From contig CACKSF010000003.1 in assembly GCA_902602795.1 (NCBI GenBank), positions 1 through 61,947 of the forward strand: DNA of 61,947 nt, read 5' to 3'. Made by a program: the position numbers and the translations under genes. Of the stretch, positions 49,400-59,617 are shown piece by piece. Numbering within the stretch: the first letter of the stretch is position 1; every line of letters starts with the position of its first letter. The notes beneath the pieces are model-generated. The model was not told the DNA's origin. It searched no databases and saw only the letters and a list, made by a program, of their open reading frames with translations. The DNA comes from an uncultured Fidelibacterota bacterium. Its GTDB lineage: Bacteria > Fidelibacterota > Marinisomatia > Marinisomatales > UBA1611.

Positions 49400-50578
49400 A
49401 TGGCTGATCCTATATATTTAGATAATCAGGCTACTACACCATTAGATCCAGAAGTTATGGATGCTATGCTACCTTTTTTTCATGAAAAATTTGGGAATGC
49501 ATCTAGTATTCATCATTATTATGGTTTGGAGTCAAAAAAAGCAGTGGAAAAATCTCGTCAAGTATTATCTAAAAGTATTAAAGCAAATAAAAGAGAAATT
49601 ATTTTTACTAGTGGAGCAACTGAGGCTATCAATCTAGCAATAAAAGGGGTTGCAGGTACTTTTAGTAAGAAACATCATATGATCACTCAAGCTACGGAGC
49701 ATAGTGCTGTTTTAGATACGTTTAAATCAATCGAAAAAAAAGGGTGGGATATTTCTATTCTTCCAGTAAATCAAAATGGGGAGGTTGATCCTCAGGATGT
49801 TGCTGATGCAATTAGGGAGGAGACGGTTTTAGTTGCTATTATGCATGCCAATAATGAGATTGGAACTATTCAACCTATAGAAAAAATTGGAGAAATTTGT
49901 AGAGGAAATAATATTCTATTTTTTGTGGATGCTTGTCAGACATTTGGAAAATTAGAAATAAATGTTAGAGATATGAAAATTGATCTTCTAGCTGCTACTG
50001 CTCATAAACTATATGGCCCAAAAGGTATTGGATTTCTTTATGTTTGCCAGAAAGATCCAAAGGTTGCTTTAGAAATGCAAATGGATGGAGGAGGACATGA
50101 AAGAGGATACAGATCGGGTACTCTTCCCGTGCCACTAATTGTAGGCTTTTCTAGAGCAGCGGAAATCTGTATTCAAAAAAGAGAATATGAGTATCATTCT
50201 TTAGGAAAATTTCGCGATCTTCTATTGAATGGAATTAAAGATAAGCACTCTGAAGTAATATTAAATGGGAATATTGAAAACGGTTTATCTCATAATCTAA
50301 ATCTTTGTTTTCCAAATTTAGAGGCAGAAACCATAATAATGAAAATGAGAGGAATCGCCTGTTCTGCTGGATCTGCATGTACCAGTAATAGTTTAGAGCC
50401 CTCTCATGTTATTAAAGCATTAGGCCGTAATAATGAATTGGCGCATTCTGCTATTAGATTTAGTGTTGGAAGGTTTACTACACAAACAGATATAAAAAAA
50501 GCTATTCTTGAAATAAATAATGTAGTGAGTTTTTTAAAGTCGAAAAGAGAAAAGAGAATAAAAAAAACTTTTCAATAG
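49400..50578 (+). CDS. iscS: Cysteine desulfurase (IscS/NifS type)
   Basis: YLDNQATTP, FTSGATE, AHKLYGPKG, RSGT, SAGSACTS. Confidence 0.92.
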   Translation: MADPIYLDNQATTPLDPEVMDAMLPFFHEKFGNASSIHHYYGLESKKAVEKSRQVLSKSIKANKREIIFTSGATEAINLAIKGVAGTFSKKHHMITQATEHSAVLDTFKSIEKKGWDISILPVNQNGEVDPQDVADAIREETVLVAIMHANNEIGTIQPIEKIGEICRGNNILFFVDACQTFGKLEINVRDMKIDLLAATAHKLYGPKGIGFLYVCQKDPKVALEMQMDGGGHERGYRSGTLPVPLIVGFSRAAEICIQKREYEYHSLGKFRDLLLNGIKDKHSEVILNGNIENGLSHNLNLCFPNLEAETIIMKMRGIACSAGSACTSNSLEPSHVIKALGRNNELAHSAIRFSVGRFTTQTDIKKAILEINNVVSFLKSKREKRIKKTFQ

Positions 50579-50631
50579 TTGTATTATGTAATAATCAAAT
50601 ATGGATTTCGTAAAACAATTATCTTTTAACC

Positions 50632-50745
50632 AAAAAACCTATGTTTAGCTTGTAATATGGTTGATGGCCGGTAGGGTTTTAATGAAGATGTTAAAACTGG
50701 CTCCTGATTTCTGCTCTTTGGTAGAGTGTATTGGAATGAAAATGA
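50632..50745 (+). ncRNA. Possible degenerate Moco RNA motif (riboswitch) in the moaA leader
   Basis: Elements in the order expected for the Moco motif: AACCTATGT...ATATGGTT, GGCC, AGGG, stem GTTTTAAT-GAAGAT-GTTAAAAC, CTCC. The outer P1/P5 elements are not clearly seen. Confidence 0.45.
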
Positions 50746-50746
50746 A

Positions 50747-51769
50747 ATGAAAACTGATATCATCAATTCGGGTATCCCTAAGGATATATCTATAAAAGAC
50801 CATTTTGGTAGGACATTTAATTACCTAAGGTTTGCAGTAAATGAGGAATGTAATCTTCGTTGTATTTATTGCATGCCGGAAGAGGGAGTCCCATTTCAGG
50901 AAAAAGCTAGACTTTTAGGTAAAAATGAAATTTGCAGAATAATCAAAATAATGTCAGATTTAGGTATCTCAAAGATCCGATTTACCGGAGGGGAGCCCTT
51001 GCTTCGTAAAGATCTTTTAGATTTAATTAAATATACATATCAGAAAACTGATATATCTTCAATCCACTTAACCACAAATGGAGTTTTATTACCTAGGAAT
51101 ATCAATCAATTAGTAGAAGCAGGACTGGATGGAATCAATATTAGTTTAGATACACTTAACAAAGAAAAGTTTAAGAAAATAACTAGGCGAGAAGAACTTG
51201 AAAAAGTTTTAGAAGGGTTAGATTTAGCTTTAAGCTCAGGCATAAAATCCATTAAAGTGAATATTGTTGCGATGAGAGACTTTAATGATGATGAAATTAT
51301 AGATTTCGTTGAGCTAACAAGGGATAATGATATCACGGTAAGGTTTATTGAGCTAATGCCTTTTGACTCTCATCAAATTTGGAAAACAGGAAAGTTTTAT
51401 AAAGCAGATGAAATTGTGAATGATTTAAAATCACATTATAATATACTTAAGCCAGTAAAAGGGTCTAGCACTGAATATTATATATATAAAATAAAAGAAT
51501 ATATTGGAAGAGTAGCTGTGATTCCTTCCTACTCTAGGAACCTTTGCAGTGCTTGTAATCGTATTAGGATCACCGCAGATGGGAATCTTTTAAATTGTTT
51601 GTATAGTCAATCAGAAACAAATATTAGAGATGCTATGCGTACTGGAATGCAAGATAGTGGCATTGAAAAATTAATTATTGGAGCAATGCAAAAAAAATTA
51701 AAAAATGGTTGGATTGCACAAGGTCAAGGCAATGATTTAAGAGAATCTATGACCCAAATAGGAGGGTAA
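50747..51769 (+). CDS. moaA: GTP 3',8-cyclase
   Basis: CNLRCIYC radical SAM motif, RFTGGEP, CSACNRIR...CL, C-terminal IGG. ATG 50747 preferred over the ORF-track start at 50726. Confidence 0.97.
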   Translation: MKTDIINSGIPKDISIKDHFGRTFNYLRFAVNEECNLRCIYCMPEEGVPFQEKARLLGKNEICRIIKIMSDLGISKIRFTGGEPLLRKDLLDLIKYTYQKTDISSIHLTTNGVLLPRNINQLVEAGLDGINISLDTLNKEKFKKITRREELEKVLEGLDLALSSGIKSIKVNIVAMRDFNDDEIIDFVELTRDNDITVRFIELMPFDSHQIWKTGKFYKADEIVNDLKSHYNILKPVKGSSTEYYIYKIKEYIGRVAVIPSYSRNLCSACNRIRITADGNLLNCLYSQSETNIRDAMRTGMQDSGIEKLIIGAMQKKLKNGWIAQGQGNDLRESMTQIGG

Positions 51770-51771
51770 GT

Positions 51772-52713
51772 ATGACTGAATTTTCTCATATTGATGAAAA
51801 AGGTAATGTTAAAATGGTTGACGTGACAAATAAGCTGCTTACTGTTAGAGTTGCAAAGGCTGAAGGAAAAATAAATATGCGTCCTGAAACTATTGCAGGG
51901 ATTAAGGATGGTGAATTGCCTAAAGGAAACGTATTAAATATCGCCAAGATTGCGGGGATTCAAGCTGCAAAGAAGACCTCAGGTATAATTCCTTTGTGCC
52001 ATCAGCTAAACTTATCTTTTGTTGATATCGAATTCGAATTTAAATCCAATAGTATTTGGGTTCGATCTTTTGTAAAAACTAAAGAATCTACGGGTGTAGA
52101 AATGGAAGCTCTTTCTGCGGTTTCTATTGCTCTTCTTACCGTATATGATATGTGTAAAGCCGTAGATAAATCCATGGAAATAAGTGGGGTTAAATTAATA
52201 GAAAAAAAAGGCGGAAAATCAGACCATGCTACCGGATATAGACCCAAAGTAGGAGTTATAACTTTAAGTGATGGAGTCGTTAGGGGGAAAAGAGAAGATA
52301 TATCTGGGGAAATATTGGCAGATGGATTTTTGAATTCTGGATGTGTAGTTGATCATAGAATAGTTTTAGAAGATGGTTCTGATCAATTAGTTCCTATGAT
52401 TTATGATTGGATTGACTCTGGTTTGGAGCTTATTCTTACAACGGGTGGAACTGGAATTAGTCCTAGGGATCTAACTATAGAAGTTTTAGAAAGTATATTT
52501 GAATCGAAATTAACTGGAGTTGAACAGGCGTTGCATGCTTACGGTAGGGGGAAGATAAAAACAGCCATGCTTTCGCGATTAACTGCAGGTCTTGTGAAAG
52601 GAACTCTTGTTATTTGTTTACCTGGGAGTCCCGGAGCTACAAGAGATGCATTAGAGGTTTTAATTCCAACTATATTTCATTCTTTTCATATGTTGAAAGG
52701 TGAAAAACATTAA
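51772..52713 (+). CDS. moaC: Bifunctional MoaC/MoaB(Mog) fusion
   Basis: MVDV, IPLCH, TGVEMEAL, DMCKAVD, then TTGGTGISPRDLT and LPGSP. Confidence 0.95.
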   Translation: MTEFSHIDEKGNVKMVDVTNKLLTVRVAKAEGKINMRPETIAGIKDGELPKGNVLNIAKIAGIQAAKKTSGIIPLCHQLNLSFVDIEFEFKSNSIWVRSFVKTKESTGVEMEALSAVSIALLTVYDMCKAVDKSMEISGVKLIEKKGGKSDHATGYRPKVGVITLSDGVVRGKREDISGEILADGFLNSGCVVDHRIVLEDGSDQLVPMIYDWIDSGLELILTTGGTGISPRDLTIEVLESIFESKLTGVEQALHAYGRGKIKTAMLSRLTAGLVKGTLVICLPGSPGATRDALEVLIPTIFHSFHMLKGEKH

Positions 52714-53451
52714 GTGGAGTATTTTCTACCTATTCTCTTTCTTTTCGTTTCTTTTTTTTATTCTTCAGTTGGGCTTGGTGGTGGATCATCTTATACAGCT
52801 ATAATGGCGATAATGGGAGTTAGTTATCAGCTCATCCCTGCTACTTCACTTACTTTGAATTTAGGTGTCACATTTATCGGGATGATTAATTTTTGGAAAG
52901 CAGGATATGGTCGAATTAATTTAGTTGCACCATTTTTAATCACATCTATCCCAATGTCATACCTAGCTGGTTCTGTTCAATTACCAGAGCTAATTTATGA
53001 AATTATTCTTACTATGACTCTAATACTTTTTATATCAAGAATTTATTTTTTTGATAGGTTGGCTTTTACTTACCAATTATCAAACATTGAAAAATGGTTA
53101 TTGGCTACTTTTTTAGGATCTTTTTTGGGTTTTATTTCCGGTGCTGTTGGTATTGGTGGTGGTATATATTTGGTTCCATTAATCATCATGTTTGGTTTAG
53201 GAACTACAAAGGAAGCCTCTGCAGCAGGATCAATGTTCATTTGGTTTAATTCTTTTGCTGGACTTCTCCCAAGGTTACAATCAGGAATCTATGATATTAA
53301 GTTTATAACTCCATTAGTATTTGCAGTGTTGGTTGGTGGGTTTGTTGGATCGCATTTTGGGTCAGTAAGGTTTGAGTCCATATTCATTCAAAAGACTATG
53401 GGCGTTGTAATTATTTTAGCGATCATTTTTTTAATTCAAAGGATAATATGA
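52714..53451 (+). CDS. TauE/SafE family membrane protein
   Basis: YSSVGLGGGSSY, GAVGIGGGIYLVP. Confidence 0.9.
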   Translation: MEYFLPILFLFVSFFYSSVGLGGGSSYTAIMAIMGVSYQLIPATSLTLNLGVTFIGMINFWKAGYGRINLVAPFLITSIPMSYLAGSVQLPELIYEIILTMTLILFISRIYFFDRLAFTYQLSNIEKWLLATFLGSFLGFISGAVGIGGGIYLVPLIIMFGLGTTKEASAAGSMFIWFNSFAGLLPRLQSGIYDIKFITPLVFAVLVGGFVGSHFGSVRFESIFIQKTMGVVIILAIIFLIQRII

Positions 53452-54668
53452 TTTCTTATCAAAAAGCTAAAACTATTATAAATAAACATCTTTTCTTTTT
53501 AAATAAGGAAAATGTAGATCTAATTAATTCTCCGGGACGTATTTTAGGTGAAGATGTTGTTGCGCCTTTTCCATCACCAATTTTTAACAATTCAGCTATG
53601 GATGGGTTTGCAGTGCGTGCCACAGACACAAAACATGCAACTGAAGAAGAACCTATTGAGTTAAAGATCATAGATATTAGCTCGGCTGGTTCTCCATCAG
53701 AAATAATTATAGGAAAAGGAGAATGTATCCAATGTATGACAGGGGCAAAAATACCAAAAGGAGCTGATGCAATTATAATGGTTGAAGACACAAGCGGCTT
53801 TTCAAATAATGGCTCTGTAAAAGTTAAGAATTCAGCATCATGCGGTGCACATATACGCAAAAGAGGTGAAGAAATAAGTGAGGGTGATATATTAATAAAA
53901 AAAGGTACTCGGATTACAGCAAACGAGCTAGGCACATGTGCTACTTTTGGATATGGAGCTATCATTGTATCAAAAAAACCTAAGGTCTCAATTTTTGGAA
54001 CTGGTGATGAGCTTGTAGAACCAGGGAAAAAGTTGGGTAAGGGGCAGATTTATAATTCTAATCTTTACGTTTTTACAGACTTAGTAGAAAAGGCTGGAGC
54101 TTTAATTCAAATGAAAGAAGTGATAAAAGACGATAAAGAATCCTTAAAGTCATTTTTATCACAAGCATTGGAAGAATCAGATATTATTATTTCCTCGGGT
54201 GGCGTATCAATGGGACGCTATGATTATGTTAGAGATGTTTTTATTGAACTGGGAGTAAAAGAACATTTTTGGAAGGTCGCACAGAAACCTGGAAAGCCAA
54301 TGTTTTTTGGGACAAAGGAGCATAAATTAATTTTTGGACTTCCAGGTAACCCGGTTTCTTCATATATAGGGTTTATGGAATGGATATGGCCCGTAATACA
54401 ATCACTCATGGGTGAAAATATTGAGAAGCCTTTGTATGGTAAATTAGAGGAATCTTTTCCTAGAGAGAAAACAAAGTATAGATTTTTATTTGGACAAGCA
54501 GGGTATAAAAATGGAGAAATAATATGTCGTCCTACTAGTCGTCTGGGGTCTCACATGTTGACATCCTCATTAGGTGCAAATTGTATCTTGGGATCTGATT
54601 CAGGAGACGGTCCTCTCAAACCAGGTGATTTGATCAAAATAAATTTATTACCTTGGAAAAATTTATAA
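53448..54668 (+). CDS. moeA: Molybdopterin molybdotransferase
   Basis: SAMDGFA, MTGA, GTGDEL, SSGGVSMG, KPGKP, LPGNPVS. Confidence 0.97.
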   Translation: MISYQKAKTIINKHLFFLNKENVDLINSPGRILGEDVVAPFPSPIFNNSAMDGFAVRATDTKHATEEEPIELKIIDISSAGSPSEIIIGKGECIQCMTGAKIPKGADAIIMVEDTSGFSNNGSVKVKNSASCGAHIRKRGEEISEGDILIKKGTRITANELGTCATFGYGAIIVSKKPKVSIFGTGDELVEPGKKLGKGQIYNSNLYVFTDLVEKAGALIQMKEVIKDDKESLKSFLSQALEESDIIISSGGVSMGRYDYVRDVFIELGVKEHFWKVAQKPGKPMFFGTKEHKLIFGLPGNPVSSYIGFMEWIWPVIQSLMGENIEKPLYGKLEESFPREKTKYRFLFGQAGYKNGEIICRPTSRLGSHMLTSSLGANCILGSDSGDGPLKPGDLIKINLLPWKNL

Positions 54669-55642
54669 TGATTATTACGCCAGAAAAGTTAAAAAAATGG
54701 TTAGATAATGATAAAAATTTCACTTTGTTAGATACAAGGCCAAAAGATCAGATTAAACAGTCTCCAATAAAAGAACTAAAATGTATTATTGGAAACCCTA
54801 ATTCTATAGATCAAATCAAAGGCGATAAGGTTCTTGTTTGTCAATTTGGAATTGTTACAGAAGGGATGATTCTTGAAAATGAATTACAAAATTCTTTTAG
54901 CCTTTTAGGTGGGGTTCAAGCATGGAATGAGTTTATAAAAGATAAAAATGATTTGAGTCGTTGGTCACGTCAAACTATTTTGAGAGAAATTGGAATCGAC
55001 GGACAAAAAAAGATAATGAAAGCAAGAGTCGCAATAGTTGGTATGGGAGGACTTGGATGTCCAGCGGCTACATCATTAGTTGCCGCTGGTGTAGGCACTT
55101 TGAATATTATTGATGGAGATACTGTCGATTTATCAAATTTACATAGACAGCACTTATATCAGCCTGTAGATATAGGCAGAGATAAAGTTAATGTTGCAAA
55201 AAGATCCTTAGAAAATATTTCAAGTCAAACTAAAATTATAGCGTTTGATAATTTTCTTAATCAATCAAATGCAAAATCCTGTTTTGAAAACATCGATATA
55301 ATAATAGATGCAACAGACAATATTGTTTCCAGACAAATTATTGATAAAGTTTCTAAAGATGAAAATATTCCTATGGTCTATGGAAGTATATATAGATTTG
55401 AGGGGCAGGTCGGAGTTTTTAATACAAATAATAAAATAGGATATTCAGAGTTGTTCCCAGATAGTATTTCTGGTGGTAAAACCTGCGAAGAAGCAGGAGC
55501 TGTAGGTATGTTGCCATCCATTATAGGTAATATGCAGGCTCTTGAAGCAATAAAATTAATTGTTAATCTAGAGCCAAATTTAATTGGGAAGCTACTTATC
55601 TATGATAGCTTGCAACATAAGACAGAGGTAATTGAATTATGA
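54668..55642 (+). CDS. moeB: Rhodanese-MoeB fusion (molybdopterin synthase adenylyltransferase)
   Basis: N-terminal rhodanese (LLDTR, VCQFG, LLGGVQAW), then RWSRQ, GMGGLG, SNLHRQ, DATDN. ATG 54668 preferred over the ORF-track start at 54653. Confidence 0.9.
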   Translation: MIITPEKLKKWLDNDKNFTLLDTRPKDQIKQSPIKELKCIIGNPNSIDQIKGDKVLVCQFGIVTEGMILENELQNSFSLLGGVQAWNEFIKDKNDLSRWSRQTILREIGIDGQKKIMKARVAIVGMGGLGCPAATSLVAAGVGTLNIIDGDTVDLSNLHRQHLYQPVDIGRDKVNVAKRSLENISSQTKIIAFDNFLNQSNAKSCFENIDIIIDATDNIVSRQIIDKVSKDENIPMVYGSIYRFEGQVGVFNTNNKIGYSELFPDSISGGKTCEEAGAVGMLPSIIGNMQALEAIKLIVNLEPNLIGKLLIYDSLQHKTEVIEL

Positions 55643-55884
55643 TAAAAATAAGATTAAAGTGTTTTTCTCAGGTAAAGTATGCACTTGGTACAAATGAAAT
55701 CATCTTCGAATTAGAGGACGAGACTTTTACAGATGATCTAGAAAAATTAGTTCGTAAAAAGGCGGAAGGTAAGTTAGATAATGTAACACTAAGTACCGCT
55801 GTAAATAAAAAATATATATCAAAAAACATAGAACTTGTAGATGGTGATGAAGTAGCTTTTATTCCTCCTGTGCAGGGCGGATAA
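55639..55884 (+). CDS. moaD: Molybdopterin synthase sulfur carrier subunit
   Basis: AVN...DGDEVAFIPPVQGG C-terminus. Confidence 0.95.
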   Translation: MIKIRLKCFSQVKYALGTNEIIFELEDETFTDDLEKLVRKKAEGKLDNVTLSTAVNKKYISKNIELVDGDEVAFIPPVQGG

Positions 55885-56301
55885 ATGATAAAGGTTGAAA
55901 TTGTAGGCTCTTCTATAACCCCTTTTGATTCTAATGATAATCAAAAAGAAAAAGGCGCAGAGTTAATTTTTAATGGGAGAGTGCGAGGAACAGAGCATGG
56001 GAAAAAGATAAAAATGCTAGAATATGAGCAATACGAAGAAATGGCTGAAAAAGAATTAAGAATTATTGCTCAAGAGGCTCAAAATAAATTTTCTATAAAA
56101 GATCTTTTATGTAGACATCGAATAGGTGAAGTTAAAGTAGGAGAAACAAGTTTGCATGTTTCGATATGGTCAAAGCATCGTAAAGAAGGACTTGAGGCAA
56201 TGTCATTTTTTATAATTGAGTTAAAGAAAAGAGTTCCTATTTGGAAATGGGCAATCCTTGAAAATGGTGAAAAAATCCCGAGTGAGTGTAAGCACGAATA
56301 A
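55885..56301 (+). CDS. moaE: Molybdopterin synthase catalytic subunit
   Basis: GAELIFNGRVR, LEYEQY, HRIG, LKKRVPIWK. Confidence 0.95.
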   Translation: MIKVEIVGSSITPFDSNDNQKEKGAELIFNGRVRGTEHGKKIKMLEYEQYEEMAEKELRIIAQEAQNKFSIKDLLCRHRIGEVKVGETSLHVSIWSKHRKEGLEAMSFFIIELKKRVPIWKWAILENGEKIPSECKHE

Positions 56302-56328
56302 AATAAGAAATCTAGATTAGAGTTATCA

Positions 56329-57747
56329 ATGTTTGGATTTTCAGAACGTTCTATTTCTAATATACTTTTTTGGATCACTCGAAAAAAATGGTTGATCCTT
56401 TCTTTTTTATTGAGCGTCTCTTTTTTTTACTTTCCTACTCCAGATGGATTATCCTCAGAAGGTCATCGCACATTAATTATAGTGCTAGTAGCTCTTTCTT
56501 TAATTGTTAGTGAAACAATCCCATTGCCTGCAGTTGCGATGCTAATCCTAATTATGGAAGTTGTTTTGGGTGTTGACACTCCAGATGGTGTAGCATCTTC
56601 ATTTATGAGTGATGCGGTACTTTTTATAATGGGTTCTCTAATGCTGGCAGTATCAATAGTTCATCAGGGACTTGATAAGAGGTTAGCTCTTTTAGTTATA
56701 ACTATTACAGGTAATAAAACATGGAGGATTGTATTGGGGTTCGTAACCATATCTGCATTGCTATCTTCTTTTATTGGAGAACATACTGTTGGAGCCATGA
56801 TGCTACCCGTTGCATTAGCATTAATTCGTAATGCAGGTTTAAGTACAGGGAAAGCCACAAAATTATCATCTGTTTTATTGTTTTCTATTGCATATGGTTG
56901 CGCTATTGGTTCAATTGGTACTCCCTCTGGTGGAGGAAGAAACGCTATAATGATAGGTTATCTAGCAGAGTTTGGTATGGCAGAAATCTCGTACTTAGAT
57001 TGGATTAAAATGACGTATCCAATGTTACTTCTAGAAATTCCTATAGTTAGTTTAATATTGTGGAAAACTTTTACACCTTCACAAAAAACTATGGATTCTT
57101 CCGTAAGAAAATTAAAGGTTCAAGTTGCCAAAACTGGGAAAATAAATGCTAATCAACTAATGGCAATTGGTATTTTTACACTTGTTTTTTTAGGATGGAT
57201 TTTTTTTAGTCCAACTTTTGGATTAGGAATTGTAGCTCTAAGTGGTGTGTTCCTTTATTTATCTTTCGGCCTTATTAATTGGAAGGAAATCAATAGAAAT
57301 ACAAATTGGGGTGTAATTTTATTATTTGGATCTGCTATATCTTTGGGTATTCAAATGAAAGAAACAGGTGCTGCTTTTTGGGTGGCGGGGCAAACATTGA
57401 CGTATCTAGAAATTATTTTTCAAGATGTTGAAATTGTACGTTGGTTTGTTTCTGTAGTTGTCGCTGGATTGTTGACAAATTTATTAAGTAGTGCTGCTAC
57501 AGTTGCTGTGCTTGGCCCAATTGTTTTAGATATGGGTGGTAACCCTGTTATTACAGGGTTTATGACATCTATCGCTTCTGCATTTGCTTATTTAACAGTT
57601 GTGGCATCTCCTACGTGTATGATTATACATTCTACTGGACTAATTACTTCGGCTGACTATTTTAAGGCAGGCTGGAAATTATTTATTATATCAGTTTTTT
57701 TACTTTTAGTTGTCTCACTATTTTATTGGCCGACTTTATCATTATGA
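56329..57747 (+). CDS. DASS/SLC13 sodium:sulfate/dicarboxylate symporter
   Basis: IGSIGTPSGGGRN, WGVILLFG, multiple TM helices. Confidence 0.9.
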   Translation: MFGFSERSISNILFWITRKKWLILSFLLSVSFFYFPTPDGLSSEGHRTLIIVLVALSLIVSETIPLPAVAMLILIMEVVLGVDTPDGVASSFMSDAVLFIMGSLMLAVSIVHQGLDKRLALLVITITGNKTWRIVLGFVTISALLSSFIGEHTVGAMMLPVALALIRNAGLSTGKATKLSSVLLFSIAYGCAIGSIGTPSGGGRNAIMIGYLAEFGMAEISYLDWIKMTYPMLLLEIPIVSLILWKTFTPSQKTMDSSVRKLKVQVAKTGKINANQLMAIGIFTLVFLGWIFFSPTFGLGIVALSGVFLYLSFGLINWKEINRNTNWGVILLFGSAISLGIQMKETGAAFWVAGQTLTYLEIIFQDVEIVRWFVSVVVAGLLTNLLSSAATVAVLGPIVLDMGGNPVITGFMTSIASAFAYLTVVASPTCMIIHSTGLITSADYFKAGWKLFIISVFLLLVVSLFYWPTLSL

Positions 57748-58628
57748 AAATACTAATTGGAATTAGCAGTAAAAAATTTTCGGAACCTACACTTGATGTG
57801 GGGATGCGAATAGCAAGTACCTTGAATTCGTCTACAACTATTTTAGATGTTGGGAAAAAAGTAAATGAGTTTAGTTACAAGGATGTAAGTATAGCAAATG
57901 AACTAATGGAGTCTTGGGATTTAGATAGGCCAGGTGTTGATGTTTTAGAATGGGCATATAATTATTTACAAAGTGAGAACTATATAACCAAAAGTTCAAT
58001 TGATAATAGTTTTTCAAAAAATCTTTTGATTGATAAAGGTATTGGAAGGTCGGAAGTGTTTTTGAAAGGAGCTGCTGTAACAAACCTTAGTCTAATTTTA
58101 AGAAATGGAAATATTATCGAAGAATTGAGGGATGAGGTCCAATCTTTTAATTATGATTTAACAATTATTGGAGGAAGTGGAAGGCGTAGGATGGCCCATG
58201 ATTTAGTTCAATATATTGACAGTTCTATTTTTGTAGTAAATAATTTTAATCGAAAACAGACATATAGAATATTATTAGCTGTAAATGACTCCAAAGGAAA
58301 TAAAAAAGCGGTAAAGTTCGCAGTACGCGTTGCTCAAGCTTTTAATATTGAGGTAGATATCGTTTCAATTAGTAATAAAGAGAAAATTTCTGAAAAGTTT
58401 CATTCAGCTTCGCTGCGTGCGGAAAAGATGATGAGAAGAACAGGTGTGAAGTCGAAAGTAAGATCTATAGAAGGTGACTTGGTAAACACTTTAGTTGATG
58501 CTGCTCGAGATAATCATATAATTATTATGGGCACATCATCTCAATCACCAATTTCAAAATTTTTCTTAGGAAGTAAACCTCTTGCTGTAATGGAATCGTG
58601 CAATTGCCCGATGGTAATTGTAAAGTGA
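57744..58628 (+). CDS. Universal stress protein (tandem USP domains)
   Basis: KILIGIS / RILLAVNDS, DLTIIGG, IIMGT, LGS...CPMVIVK; ATG 57744 overlaps the DASS stop. Confidence 0.85.
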   Translation: MKILIGISSKKFSEPTLDVGMRIASTLNSSTTILDVGKKVNEFSYKDVSIANELMESWDLDRPGVDVLEWAYNYLQSENYITKSSIDNSFSKNLLIDKGIGRSEVFLKGAAVTNLSLILRNGNIIEELRDEVQSFNYDLTIIGGSGRRRMAHDLVQYIDSSIFVVNNFNRKQTYRILLAVNDSKGNKKAVKFAVRVAQAFNIEVDIVSISNKEKISEKFHSASLRAEKMMRRTGVKSKVRSIEGDLVNTLVDAARDNHIIIMGTSSQSPISKFFLGSKPLAVMESCNCPMVIVK

Positions 58629-58792
58629 TTTTAGGAACAAGAGTAATCTATATTACTTAGATTTTTATGAGATTTCTAGGGATAGAAAAAAATCTGACAT
58701 TTTAAATTTTGAATTATTTACAGAATCGTTGAAAATTAATAAATTAAGATAGGTTATAAACCTAAATAAATAAAGGGAGTGAGTGAATAATT

Positions 58793-59590
58793 ATGGAATT
58801 AATTCATCCAGTTTTTAAATGGCTTCATGTACTAGCAGGTATCATGTGGATAGGCCTATTATATTTTTTTAATTTTGTGAATACTGCTTTCGCACCCACT
58901 ATGGATGGCGAAACGAAAAAAAAAGTAGTCCCAGAACTTATGCCAAGAACCTTATATTGGTTTCGAATGGGTGCTGCATGGACTTGGGGTACCGGAATTG
59001 TATTACTTTACGTGATTTATTGGGCTGGAGGCATGATGCCTGAGGATTTTACTTCAAACGAGCTAACCGGTGAACCAGCAAATATGTCAATTCATATACT
59101 TTTATTATTTACCTTCGTAGCTGTATTCCTTTACGATGCTATTTATAAAAGCCCATTAGCATCGAATGTAAGAGCAGTAACTGCAGTGAGTTTTCTGCTT
59201 ATTACAGCTTATGTTTTTGCAATGCAAAAATTAGGAGGTTTTGGATATAGAGCTGTTAATATCCACCTTGGCGCGTTGTTTGGAACAAATATGGCTTTTA
59301 ACGTTTGGTTTCGAATTTGGCCTGCGCAGCAAAAAATTATTACTGCTATTAAAAATGGTGAAGCACCAGATGGTGATCTTTTAGCATTGGCAGGTTTGAG
59401 ATCTAAACATAACACTTATATGTCATTTCCTCTTGTTTGGACTATGCACAATCAGCATCATGTCACAGCGCCTACTGCTCTTGGTATACCTGGTGAGCAT
59501 TCATGGATTTTGCCAATGTTAATAGTAATTCTTGGTTGGCATATAGTATGGCAATTGTATAAAAAATCAAGTACAATTAAAGGTTTTTAA
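58793..59590 (+). CDS. puuD: PuuD-like urate hydroxylase membrane domain (no cytochrome c domain)
   Basis: WLHVLAGIMWIGLLYFFNF, WFRMGAAWT, MAFNVWFRIWPAQQK, RSKHNTYMSFP...HNQH; no CxxCH. Confidence 0.8.
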   Translation: MELIHPVFKWLHVLAGIMWIGLLYFFNFVNTAFAPTMDGETKKKVVPELMPRTLYWFRMGAAWTWGTGIVLLYVIYWAGGMMPEDFTSNELTGEPANMSIHILLLFTFVAVFLYDAIYKSPLASNVRAVTAVSFLLITAYVFAMQKLGGFGYRAVNIHLGALFGTNMAFNVWFRIWPAQQKIITAIKNGEAPDGDLLALAGLRSKHNTYMSFPLVWTMHNQHHVTAPTALGIPGEHSWILPMLIVILGWHIVWQLYKKSSTIKGF

Positions 59591-59617
59591 TTACGTCCAG
59601 AACTTAGAAAAATTTAG

